This document shows, one piece after another, positions 47,611 to 56,529 of a stretch of DNA of 64,000 nt. The notes under the pieces are model-generated. The model searched no databases. It saw nothing but the letters and a program-made list of their open reading frames with translations, and had not been told where the DNA came from. The position numbers were made by a program, and so were the translations under genes. The stretch's first letter is position 1, and every line of letters begins with the position of its first letter. Source of the stretch: Minisyncoccota bacterium (lineage in GTDB: Bacteria > Patescibacteriota > Minisyncoccia > Phycocordibacterales > JBAYGS01); assembly GCA_041666545.1 (NCBI GenBank), contig JBAYGS010000005.1, positions 18,842-82,841 of the forward strand, read 5' to 3'.

Positions 47611-48468
47611 TTAGTCTAGCGACCAGAGTCCCCCATCAGATGAAAATTTAATCATGCCCAGTTCATCAGTCCTTAAAATTTGGACTTGAAATTTCTTAAG
47701 CAAATCCAGGACTTCCTGATGTGGATGTCCATAGCTATTATTTTTACCGGCCGAAATAACAGCGTACTGCGGATTAACAAAGCCGACAAAACTCTGACTA
47801 CTCGAGGTGCGTGAACCGTGGTGTCCGGCCTTCAAAACATCGCTTTGTAGATTTTTGCCATCTAAAATCGTCAGATAATTTTCGATGGCTTGAGGCGAAT
47901 CACCAGTGAGCATTACGGAGTTACCACCGTACACTACGCGGCCGACAATCGAAGCGGTGTTGGTCTCCCAGCCAATCGTATCCCGATCAGGAAAAAGGAT
48001 TTTGAAAACTGCACCACCGCCCAAATCTACAATCATCCCTCTTCTCGCTAAAATTTTAGAAATTTTTTTGTCACCAATTTTCTTCTCCAGATTTTGATAG
48101 ACTGCTGTCTCGGCCGAAACCCCAGGCTCCAAAACCTGATCGACCCGATAACGATCTAAAACATAATTTAAGCCGGCAACATGATCCTGGTCAGGATGGG
48201 TTGCAAGCACCACCTCAATCTTGTGATCATAAAAAGGCAAAACTTTGCCCAACTCACTCAAAACCGATTTGTCCGGCCCGCCATCAATGAGCATTTGGTT
48301 GCCGGACGGAGCATCGATTAAAATTGCGTCACCTTGCCCGATATTTAAAAAATAAACACGTAATTGACCGCCACGATCCTCCTTTAAGACCGCAAACCAA
48401 ATAAAAGCGTTGACTAAAACCAAAATGCCAAGAATCAGCCAGTTCAGATTTTTCCTAATAAATACCAC
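47611..48468 (-). CDS. ComEC/Rec2-type metallo-beta-lactamase domain protein
   Basis: IGQGDA, LIDGG, THPDQDHV.G, LTGD, LKAGHHGS, N.YGHPH. Confidence 0.92.
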   Translation of the reverse strand: MVFIRKNLNWLILGILVLVNAFIWFAVLKEDRGGQLRVYFLNIGQGDAILIDAPSGNQMLIDGGPDKSVLSELGKVLPFYDHKIEVVLATHPDQDHVAGLNYVLDRYRVDQVLEPGVSAETAVYQNLEKKIGDKKISKILARRGMIVDLGGGAVFKILFPDRDTIGWETNTASIVGRVVYGGNSVMLTGDSPQAIENYLTILDGKNLQSDVLKAGHHGSRTSSSQSFVGFVNPQYAVISAGKNNSYGHPHQEVLDLLKKFQVQILRTDELGMIKFSSDGGLWSLD

Positions 48469-48527
48469 GAAATTCAGTATACCATTTTGTGATATAATCG
48501 ATTTACTAACAGCTAACTCTGTAAAAT

Positions 48528-49130
48528 ATGCTTAAATTTGAAGAACAAAAATTCAATATTCCTGCCCTTAAAGGCATCTCAACTAAAAATATCGAGGAGC
48601 ATCTGAAGCTTTACGCCGGTTATGTAAAAAATGCCAACAATATTTTGGATATGCTCGCGAAATATCATACCGAAGATATGACGGGAAATTCCTACATCAT
48701 CGGGGAATTGCATCGCCGCTTCAGTTTTGAATACAACGGCATTCGTAACCACGAAATGTATTTTTCTGCTTTGGAAGGCGGAGCAAAACCACTATCACCC
48801 GGAAGTGAATTTAGGAAAGCGATAGAGGCCATAGCGGGCTCGTTTGATAATTTCCTAGCCGGATTCAAAAATATGGCGGCGGCGACCCGCGGTATCGGTT
48901 GGGCCGTGCTTTGGTATGACAAGAAAAATAAACAATTTATCGGTTCATGGGTAGACGAACAGCATTTGGGACAACTAAGCGGCGCCACCCCGATTTTGAT
49001 GCTTGATATGTGGGAACACTCCTATGTTGCCGACTATCAACCAAGCGGTAAAAAGCAGTATGTCGAGGACTTTTTCACTAACCTAAACTGGGAGGTCATC
49101 GAAAAAAACTTTTCCATGGCAACTAAATAA
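48528..49130 (+). CDS. sod: Fe/Mn superoxide dismutase family protein
   Basis: H.K.Y.GYV.N.N, NHE.YF, GIGWA.L, LDMWEHSY..DY. Confidence 0.9.
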   Translation: MLKFEEQKFNIPALKGISTKNIEEHLKLYAGYVKNANNILDMLAKYHTEDMTGNSYIIGELHRRFSFEYNGIRNHEMYFSALEGGAKPLSPGSEFRKAIEAIAGSFDNFLAGFKNMAAATRGIGWAVLWYDKKNKQFIGSWVDEQHLGQLSGATPILMLDMWEHSYVADYQPSGKKQYVEDFFTNLNWEVIEKNFSMATK

Positions 49131-49193
49131 TTTCTCCACAAAGACTCGACCTGACTTAAGTAAGGTCGAGTCTTTGCTTTAATAATTCCCAAA

Positions 49194-50690
49194 TTATTTA
49201 ACTTTTAGTCTCTGATATAAGAAAAAGTAACCGACATAAACCAGAATTACTAACCAAAAAGGAAATGCTGGGACGGAGAACGAGGCAAAGGGCAATTTAG
49301 CAAACCAATTTACCACTCCGAGTTCATAAGCCAAAAAAATGTAGGCCCCGAAAGCGAAAGGCGTGGCCAAAAGTAGTGAAACGAAACCAAAAATCCCGGC
49401 AAGAAAACCGAGAAGCATTGTCAAAGGAATTGCTGACAAAATTAAAAGATTGACAGGCAAAGCCACAACCGAAAAAGTGCCCATTTGATAAAGAATGTAG
49501 GGCAAAACGAAAATTTGGGTAGCGAGTGTCGCCACGGCCACCTCGCGCATTTTAAATTTCTCAGGCACAAATTGTAGCCATCTCTCAACAATCGGTGAGA
49601 CAAAAATCAAACCAACCGTAGCCAAAAAAGAAAGTTGGAAAGAAGGATCGAAAACCAAAATCGCCGGATTATTGATAAGCATCACAAGACCGGCAAGCAA
49701 AAGAGCACGAGTAATGTCATAACGCCTAGCGCCGATCTTGGCCACAATCACCAAAAGCGCCATAATCGAGGCCCGCACGACCGTAGCCGAGGCACCGGTC
49801 ATTAAAGCGAAAGCAATTATTGATAATACCCCAAAAGAAGTTGCGAAGACATTCGGCAAAAACACTTTAAAGAAACTCATTAGCGACTCGGCCACGATAG
49901 TAATGTTGTAACCAGAGAGAACCACGATATGAATCACTCCAACTTTGCGAAAATCATCAAGCAGATTTTTACCAAGTGCCTCTTTGGCCCCGACAATCAG
50001 ACCACCCAAAAGCGAGGCCTGCGGTTCAGAGATAAGTTGCGCTAGATTGGCAGTAAAGGCATGCTTAAAGGCCAAGAGTTTTGCCACAACAAAATTCCCT
50101 TTGTTTGAATCAACCTTTTTGAACCTGGCAAAATTAATAATATAGCCGATGCCGTCTTTGGCCAGAAATTTTTCATAATTAAAAGTCCGACCGGTCTCAC
50201 TTGAGAAATTTTTTGCTTTTTCCAATTTCCCACTAACCTCGACCTCGTCACCGTAGTCCAGATTATTAAAATTATCGGTTCTCGCCAAAACCTTACTTAA
50301 AAAATCACCTTTTGAAGTTGGACTACTTTGATCATAGATTGAAAGAGTCACTTGAGAACTTTTCTCCCTGACATCTAACTCATCTGAAACAATTCCGGTA
50401 AGGGTGACTTTCTCGCCTACCAAACGGTCAAGCTTGGGGTTCTGGACGCCGTCAACCTGAAAAGTCATCCGCCAAAATCCAAAGCCGGCTGAGATTAAAA
50501 ATAGTGGGACTAGAAAAAGCGCAAGATTTGCGCGCCACCCCATATTTTCAACCACTGTCAAATAAAAAAATATAATGGCTCCGACTAAAATCAGAGCGAG
50601 AGCTCCAAAGATACCAACCAAAACAAAAGAGCTAAGAGCAATCCCGGTCGCCAAGCCGCCTATTAGAGTATAGATAATTTTATTACTCAC
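49194..50690 (-). CDS. comEC: ComEC competence protein, membrane (DUF4131 + Competence) part
   Basis: G..HIVVLSGYNI, VVRA.IM, SFQLSF.AT; likely GTG start 50690. Confidence 0.9.
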   Translation of the reverse strand: MSNKIIYTLIGGLATGIALSSFVLVGIFGALALILVGAIIFFYLTVVENMGWRANLALFLVPLFLISAGFGFWRMTFQVDGVQNPKLDRLVGEKVTLTGIVSDELDVREKSSQVTLSIYDQSSPTSKGDFLSKVLARTDNFNNLDYGDEVEVSGKLEKAKNFSSETGRTFNYEKFLAKDGIGYIINFARFKKVDSNKGNFVVAKLLAFKHAFTANLAQLISEPQASLLGGLIVGAKEALGKNLLDDFRKVGVIHIVVLSGYNITIVAESLMSFFKVFLPNVFATSFGVLSIIAFALMTGASATVVRASIMALLVIVAKIGARRYDITRALLLAGLVMLINNPAILVFDPSFQLSFLATVGLIFVSPIVERWLQFVPEKFKMREVAVATLATQIFVLPYILYQMGTFSVVALPVNLLILSAIPLTMLLGFLAGIFGFVSLLLATPFAFGAYIFLAYELGVVNWFAKLPFASFSVPAFPFWLVILVYVGYFFLYQRLKVK

Positions 50691-50715
50691 ACCTTTCGAG
50701 CCGAGAGTCCTTACA

Positions 50716-51435
50716 TTAACTGCCCCACTCTTTGACCAGGCTGTCTTCTTCAGATTTACTGAAAACTTTCTGGAAACGCGCCCCCGATTTACCCTTGACT
50801 CGTTTTTCACACTCTGCCCAAGTCTTGTGGACCAACACCTCACCGTCAACAAGACTGACATAACAGAAAGCTTTGGCACGGCTGCGCGATTTACTATCAG
50901 CTCTCTTTTCGGCTTCTGCCGGGTTAGCTGAAATATTTAAAATATCCTTAATCGAATAATTCTCTAGTGCTCCGGAATAAAGTTGCATTTGTTTGCCGTC
51001 AGCAAATAGTGTGGCGATTTCGTCACAGCGGTGGTTGCCAGCCACTCCGACATGGCCCTTAACCAGATACCAATTAATTTTCTTGCTTTTGGTGATATCA
51101 AACAATTCCTCCCAAAGATCCTGATTCTCAACCGGCTGTTTGGTTGAAGTTTTCCAACCATTCTGACGCCAGCCAAAAACCCATTTGGTAATGCCATTTA
51201 AAAGATAAGCTGAATCAGTATAGACAGTAATTGGCAAACGACCTTCAAGATTGGCAATATAAGCCAGAGCCGAGATAGCCGCCTGAATCTCCATGCGGTT
51301 ATTGGTAGTATGCGGATCGCCGCCACCAAGCTCCATCACCTTTCCAGCAACAATAATTACCGCCCCAAAGCCACCCGGGCCGGGATTGCCCTTGGAGGAA
51401 CCGTCAGTAAAAATTATAACGGAATTGGCAGTCAT
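50716..51435 (-). CDS. rnhA: Ribonuclease HI with C-terminal hybrid-binding (viroplasmin-like) domain
   Basis: FTDGSS.GNPGPGG, TTNNRME, TDSAY, VKGH.G..GN.RCD; TWAECEKRVKG..GARF. Confidence 0.93.
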   Translation of the reverse strand: MTANSVIIFTDGSSKGNPGPGGFGAVIIVAGKVMELGGGDPHTTNNRMEIQAAISALAYIANLEGRLPITVYTDSAYLLNGITKWVFGWRQNGWKTSTKQPVENQDLWEELFDITKSKKINWYLVKGHVGVAGNHRCDEIATLFADGKQMQLYSGALENYSIKDILNISANPAEAEKRADSKSRSRAKAFCYVSLVDGEVLVHKTWAECEKRVKGKSGARFQKVFSKSEEDSLVKEWGS

Positions 51436-51720
51436 AAATTAGGGTCGATAACAAGGATTGTAGCATAAAGCACAAATCCCCTGCGAACCAAACGTTCGCA
51501 GGGGCCATCTTCTCTGTAACACCTTTCTGTATCACCCGCCCGAGAATCGGCAAATGCTTTAGTACAGTCCCAAAACTACCCTCGCCGCCTGGGCTAGCAC
51601 TTCTATATATAATCAAACGAGGGGGCAAAGCTATCGAAAGATTCCAAGTTTTTCACCAAAAACCCGATCCTCCGGGACAATACCAGCCAAAGTACAGTCC
51701 TTCTAGATATTAACACGAAG

Positions 51721-53535
51721 CTATATTATGTCAACAATCCGCAGACGCAGTTCTGGGTACTGCTTGAAAACACTTTTTTCCATTGTCGCCACCAAGTTGA
51801 CCGCCTCACCAATTTCAACCTTAGTTTTAAACTCTTTGGGATTCATAAAAAATCCAATGGCAGAAACTTTATCACCATTTTCTTTTTTAAAAACCAATTC
51901 TAAGTGATTTTTCTCCTTGCCAAATTGTTTTAAATCAAAAATCTTAGCCGATTCAAAAAGAAAAACCGGTTTGGGATTACCAACACCGAACGGCGAGAGC
52001 TTGTCCACCAAATCCCAATTGGACCAATTTACACCATCAAAACTTAGTCTGGCATCAACGAAGACAGTCTGATCCAGAGCCTTGCGATTAGCTCGAGCCT
52101 GATCAAAAGCCTTTTCCAACTCTGTCTCTAAAAGGTGAATCTTTTCTGCTACGACACTGAAACCGCCAGAAAAATCGTGACCGCCATATTCCAAGAATAT
52201 GCCCGGGGCAACTTCTGACATCAGGCCAACTAAACTGGTGACTCCATCTGAACGACAAGATCCTTTGATGACATTTTCGCCATCTCTCCCCCAAAGAAAA
52301 ACAGGGCAAGAATGCTCTTCTGCCAAAGTATTGGCCGCGAGACCCAAAAGTGAAGGGCGCCAGTTTGGATTACCTAAAACAATTACTTTTTTATCTCGAT
52401 TAGCATAGCGCTCTGCGACGGCGTGCTTCATCTCTTTGACCATCGAAGCCACGATTCCTTTCCTCTCGTCATTAATCTTATTCAAATGATCGCTTACTTG
52501 GTCAGCCTCAACCTCATCCGTTGTGGCAAAAAGCCTGAAAGCGTCCATCGGCTCACCCATTCTTGAAGCGGCATTGATTCTGGGAGTAATCATAAAGCCG
52601 ATATCATCCTCGTTTAACGTTCTTTGATTGATTTTCAGCTTTCGCAATAATTTCATTAAGCCGACTCGGGGAGATTTTCTTAAAACTTTCATCCCGTAGT
52701 GAGCGAGCGCTCGATTTTCGCCCACAAGTGGCACCATGTCAGAAAGCGTGGCCAAGCCGGCCATGTCGAGCAACCATTTTTCCCATCCCTTTGGGACGGG
52801 AGAAATGGTTGCTTGATTCAAGTCACAAGTTTCAAGCCCCGACGCTTGCCGCAAGGTCGGGGTCCCGACCGGAGCGTCGGGATTTGGAAGTTTAGAAGTT
52901 TGAAGACGAAAGATCAGAGCCTGCACCAATTTAAACGCCACACCCGCACCACAGAGACTCTTGTTGGGATAATCACAGCCCGGCTGATTTGGGTTAACAA
53001 TAGCAAAAGCCTCTGGCGCGCCGTGACCATTAACTAAGTGATGATCGGTGACAATCACATCTAGACCGTTAGCTTGAGCAAAATTAATTTCGGAAATATT
53101 GGCGATGCCACAATCAACCGTAATTAAAAGTCTGGCCCCCGACTCAACAAATTGTTTGATCGCATTTTCATTCAACCCAAAACCCTCATTGTGCCGATGC
53201 GGAATATAGTTTTCAAAATTAGTGAAACCGATTTTCCGGAAAAAATCATGCAGGATCACTCCGCCTGGAATCCCGTCGGCATCATAGTCACCAAAAATTA
53301 TTATCTTTTCACCCAATTGGAAAGCCTTCAGAATTCGGTCCACCGCCTTCCCCATATCTTTTATCAAGAACGGATCGTGGAGATGCTTCTCATAATTAGG
53401 ATTGAGAAAGGCTTCGGCCTGATCGCCGCCCTTGATCTCCCTATAGGCTAACAACTTCTTAAGCAAAGACGGATATTGGCCGAGCTGTTGGTGTTCCTGA
53501 TCTGAAATTTCCTCCCGGACGGCATATTTTTTCAT
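51721..53535 (-). CDS. recJ: ssDNA exonuclease RecJ (contains a repeat-derived in-frame insertion)
   Basis: GDYDADG, TVDCGI, TDHH, PRINAA.RM, GGH..SGG, PFG.GNP.P. Confidence 0.96.
   Translation of the reverse strand: MKKYAVREEISDQEHQQLGQYPSLLKKLLAYREIKGGDQAEAFLNPNYEKHLHDPFLIKDMGKAVDRILKAFQLGEKIIIFGDYDADGIPGGVILHDFFRKIGFTNFENYIPHRHNEGFGLNENAIKQFVESGARLLITVDCGIANISEINFAQANGLDVIVTDHHLVNGHGAPEAFAIVNPNQPGCDYPNKSLCGAGVAFKLVQALIFRLQTSKLPNPDAPVGTPTLRQASGLETCDLNQATISPVPKGWEKWLLDMAGLATLSDMVPLVGENRALAHYGMKVLRKSPRVGLMKLLRKLKINQRTLNEDDIGFMITPRINAASRMGEPMDAFRLFATTDEVEADQVSDHLNKINDERKGIVASMVKEMKHAVAERYANRDKKVIVLGNPNWRPSLLGLAANTLAEEHSCPVFLWGRDGENVIKGSCRSDGVTSLVGLMSEVAPGIFLEYGGHDFSGGFSVVAEKIHLLETELEKAFDQARANRKALDQTVFVDARLSFDGVNWSNWDLVDKLSPFGVGNPKPVFLFESAKIFDLKQFGKEKNHLELVFKKENGDKVSAIGFFMNPKEFKTKVEIGEAVNLVATMEKSVFKQYPELRLRIVDII
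52834..52884 (-). repeat. REP-like element inserted in-frame in recJ
   Basis: 51 bp, 48/51 identical to intergenic copy 55351-55401; encodes NPDAPVGTPTLRQASGL. Confidence 0.9.
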
Positions 53536-53550
53536 TTTTAGATTATATCA

Positions 53551-53667
53551 TCCCGTTAGAGATCTTTTGTTAGGAAGCCTTAGCTGGACGATAAATTCCC
53601 ACCAAATATCGACGGCCAGAGATTCACCGTGAGCAACGGTCATCTTGATGACCTATCTCTAACGGGA
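53551..53667. mobile_element. MITE-like element, CCCGTTAGA terminal inverted repeats
   Basis: tcccgttagagat...atctctaacggga flanked by TATCA direct repeat. Confidence 0.75.
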
Positions 53668-53737
53668 TATCATCCCGCAACTAGACCAATTGACACATTT
53701 CCAAAATTGACTATCCTTTGCAAAGGAAAGGAACTTT

Positions 53738-54322
53738 ATGAGAAAAAGTTTAGGCTATCGCTTCAGAGAAATTGTCGACCGAAAGACACAAGAACAAACA
53801 GAAAGGCTGAAAGCCAAGAAATTGGCCGAGAGCCGAAAGCAGAAAAAGCAGGAACAGCTCAAGGCGATGGTCCAAAAGGCTATGGCAAAAGCTGAAAAAA
53901 TCCTTAACGGAATCTTTAAGAGGGCGCCGGAAATCAGACAGTATGTCGAAACCAGGTCTGGCGCCCCACTTTACATCTTCGATGCCAACGGAGTTGAAAA
54001 GACTGAGGCTAGACGAATGAAAGTGACTGGAAAAGTCGAAGACGCGCTCGGTCTTGGTATCAGGGGTAAGACTGTTGAACTTCTGGGTGGTGACAATATC
54101 CTAGGTCGGGCCGTTTGGACCACAGACAAAGCCGGCTCAACCCTCTGCCTCGTCCACGACTCACAGAGCAGGCTGTGTATCGCAATTATGAGCACAAAGC
54201 GAACTTACGGGGTGGTCTTCACCGAAACTAACTCTTTCAACACCGATGAGATGCTAACCGTCTTGGCCAAGTTTGGAAACCAAGAAACTGCCATGGAAAT
54301 GCTGGTTGAGCAACTCGGATGA
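53738..54322 (+). CDS. Hypothetical protein with basic coiled-coil N-terminus
   Basis: TTGACA-N16-TATCCT, GAAAGGA RBS, terminator 54339-54370. Confidence 0.7.
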   Translation: MRKSLGYRFREIVDRKTQEQTERLKAKKLAESRKQKKQEQLKAMVQKAMAKAEKILNGIFKRAPEIRQYVETRSGAPLYIFDANGVEKTEARRMKVTGKVEDALGLGIRGKTVELLGGDNILGRAVWTTDKAGSTLCLVHDSQSRLCIAIMSTKRTYGVVFTETNSFNTDEMLTVLAKFGNQETAMEMLVEQLG

Positions 54323-54389
54323 AGTAAAATCAATTTGACCCTCGTCCACCTAACGGATGAGGGCTTTTTTCTTCATACCATATACCCTA

Positions 54390-54509
54390 TCCCGTTAGAA
54401 GTCGCGGACGCTAACAACAGTTGTCTGTTTGCGGAAAATGTTTAATACAGATAGCGGAGCGTAGTTTGTTGTATAATGATTGGATGTCCGCGTCCTACTT
54501 CTAACGGGA
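54390..54509. mobile_element. MITE-like element, CCCGTTAGA terminal inverted repeats
   Basis: tcccgttagaagt...acttctaacggga, interrupting an ATACC heptamer arm. Confidence 0.7.
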
Positions 54510-54535
54510 CTTATACTTAATACTATCTACTTTTT

Positions 54536-54925
54536 ATGAATTGCCTCTTCTGCAAAATCGCCAAAAAAGAAATTCCCTCCGATTTAGTTTTTGAAAATGA
54601 CGAGATATTCTCTTTTCTCGATATTCACCCGGTTTCCGATGGTCATATTTTGGTTATCCCAAAAGCTCACTACGAGAAAATGACTGACACTCCTGACGAG
54701 CTTCTGTCCAAACTTTTTGTCGAATGCAAAAAACTGATGATTGCCATCAAAAAGGCTTTGAACGCCGATTATGTCGCTGTCTCGGTAGTTGGCGTTGATA
54801 TCCCCCACTTTCACATCCATTTGGTGCCCAGAAGACACGACGATGGTTTAGCCGGCTTTTGGCCAACCAAAGAATTTGTTGACGGTAAATTGATTTTGGA
54901 GAAAATTAAAAAGGCGCTCGATTAA
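54536..54925 (+). CDS. HIT family protein
   Basis: CLFCKI, FLDIHP...GH.LVIPK.H, HFHIHLVPR. Confidence 0.95.
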   Translation: MNCLFCKIAKKEIPSDLVFENDEIFSFLDIHPVSDGHILVIPKAHYEKMTDTPDELLSKLFVECKKLMIAIKKALNADYVAVSVVGVDIPHFHIHLVPRRHDDGLAGFWPTKEFVDGKLILEKIKKALD

Positions 54926-54947
54926 AGCGCCTGTAAACTACAACCAA

Positions 54948-55253
54948 TCAGACCGGTGGCCGACCGTCATCGACGTGCGAAATGTCGTCGAAGGCCTCGC
55001 TTGGGAGATTGGTCGGCATCGGCGTCAGGACCTTGGCCTCGGCCTCAGTAGCCTTGACTGAAGCGTCATGCCGAGCCCGACAAGCTACCAGATGTTCGGA
55101 GACAAAAAGAGTCTTAATCCGCCGACCACAGGTTGGGCAAGGATGGCAGCAGGCCGTAAAATGCATGGCGTTTCCTCTCGGCTGATGACAGATGCAATGA
55201 CACTCATGAGGATCAGCCCAAACAGAATCAACCCGAATTCCCAAATCTGACAT
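54948..55253 (-). CDS. Small Cys/His-rich hypothetical protein
   Basis: ATG 55253 after GAAAGGA; TTGACG-N17-TATTTT; CHCICH...HFTACCHPCPTC...H..C. Confidence 0.6.
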   Translation of the reverse strand: MSDLGIRVDSVWADPHECHCICHQPRGNAMHFTACCHPCPTCGRRIKTLFVSEHLVACRARHDASVKATEAEAKVLTPMPTNLPSEAFDDISHVDDGRPPV

Positions 55254-55350
55254 ACTTATCCTTTCTTTAGAGGATGAACTGACTGTGTTCAAAATAGCAC
55301 AATCTCACCACGACGTCAACAGGGGCCACTGCCACCTTTTTAAACTTCTC

Positions 55351-55401
55351 AATCCCGACGCTTCGGTCGGGACCCCGACCTTGAAGCAAGCGTCGGGGCT
55401 T
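55351..55401 (+). repeat. REP-like palindromic element abutting pgk stop
   Basis: aatcccgacgcttcggtcgggaccccgaccttgaagcaagcgtcggggctt. Confidence 0.9.
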
Positions 55402-56529
55402 TCAAACTTCCAAACTATTCTCAAGTGCCTCAATCCCAGGCAAAGTTCCACTCGAGAGAAAATCGAGCATCGCCCCACCAGCCGTCGAAACAAAAGAAAA
55501 TTTATCAAACAAATTTAATTTCTCCAGGGCCGCCAAAGTATCCCCGCCACCAACAATCGTCTCGGCCCCACATTCAGCAAGTGCCCGAGCCAGATTTTCA
55601 GTACCCTCGACAAAGCCCCTCTCATAATTTCCCAAAGGACCGTTCCAGAGCACAAATTTAGACTTTGAGGCCAAAAAATTAAGTTCAGCAACTGTTTCGA
55701 GACCAGCATCAAGGATTTCATCTTTCTTACCAAGCTCTTCCGGAGCAATCGTGCATTTACCACCCCCTCCATCAATAACCACATCGAGTGGCAACATAAT
55801 TTTCGTCTCGGCCAACAGGTTGGCATCTAATTTAATCTGTGAGACCGCCGAGGCTCCCACCTCAAAACCCTTCGCCTTAAAAAAATCATTGGCCGGAACT
55901 CCACCAACAAAAACCGTATCCGCCTTTGGTAAAAGTTTCTTAATTAATGGCAATTTTGTCTCCACCTTGGCGCCACCCAAAATCAACAAAAATGGCTTTG
56001 GCGGATTAAAGGCCTTGGATAAATTAGAAAATTCGGCCTCGAACACCAAACCGGCAAAACTTGGCAATAGTTTTGGCAAACCAACAATTGAAGCGTGGGG
56101 TCGGTGAGAAACCGAGAAGGCTTCGTTTATATAAATCTCCCCCAGACCTGCAATTTCTTTAGCAAAAGATTGAGAATTTTCTTTTTCGCCTTTGAATCGT
56201 CTCAAATTTTCCAGCAAAACAAACTCGCCAGTCTTCAGACCGGCCATTAAATCCGCCGCCTGGGTTAAATCCGTGGCAAACTTAACCGGTAGTTTGGAAT
56301 TGAAGTAATCAAAAATTGCCTGAAGAGAATCGGTTTCAGAACTCTCGATATGACCAATAATCAAGGTCTTGGCCCCAGCTGACTTTAGATGTTCCAAGGT
56401 TGGCAGAGCTTTTCGTAAACGAAAATCGTCTCGAATATTACCATTAACAATCGGCACATTTACATCTAAACGAATTATGACTTTTTTACCAGACAGATCT
56501 CCGGCAGATTTTAGATTTTTGAAATTCAT
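55402..56529 (-). CDS. pgk: Phosphoglycerate kinase
   Basis: R.D.NVP, LLENLR, HR.HAS, GGAKV, WNGPLG, GGGDT, STAGGA. Confidence 0.97.
   Translation of the reverse strand: MNFKNLKSAGDLSGKKVIIRLDVNVPIVNGNIRDDFRLRKALPTLEHLKSAGAKTLIIGHIESSETDSLQAIFDYFNSKLPVKFATDLTQAADLMAGLKTGEFVLLENLRRFKGEKENSQSFAKEIAGLGEIYINEAFSVSHRPHASIVGLPKLLPSFAGLVFEAEFSNLSKAFNPPKPFLLILGGAKVETKLPLIKKLLPKADTVFVGGVPANDFFKAKGFEVGASAVSQIKLDANLLAETKIMLPLDVVIDGGGGKCTIAPEELGKKDEILDAGLETVAELNFLASKSKFVLWNGPLGNYERGFVEGTENLARALAECGAETIVGGGDTLAALEKLNLFDKFSFVSTAGGAMLDFLSSGTLPGIEALENSLEV

Noticed and set aside
50691-50879. 189-nt N-terminal extension of comEC overlapping rnhA
   Set aside because: Off-frame shadow of rnhA; GTG at 50690 gives a normal N-terminus
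55285-55518. 77-aa ORF similar to part of RecJ
   Set aside because: Similarity comes only from the shared 51-bp repeat; the ORF is antisense to the pgk end
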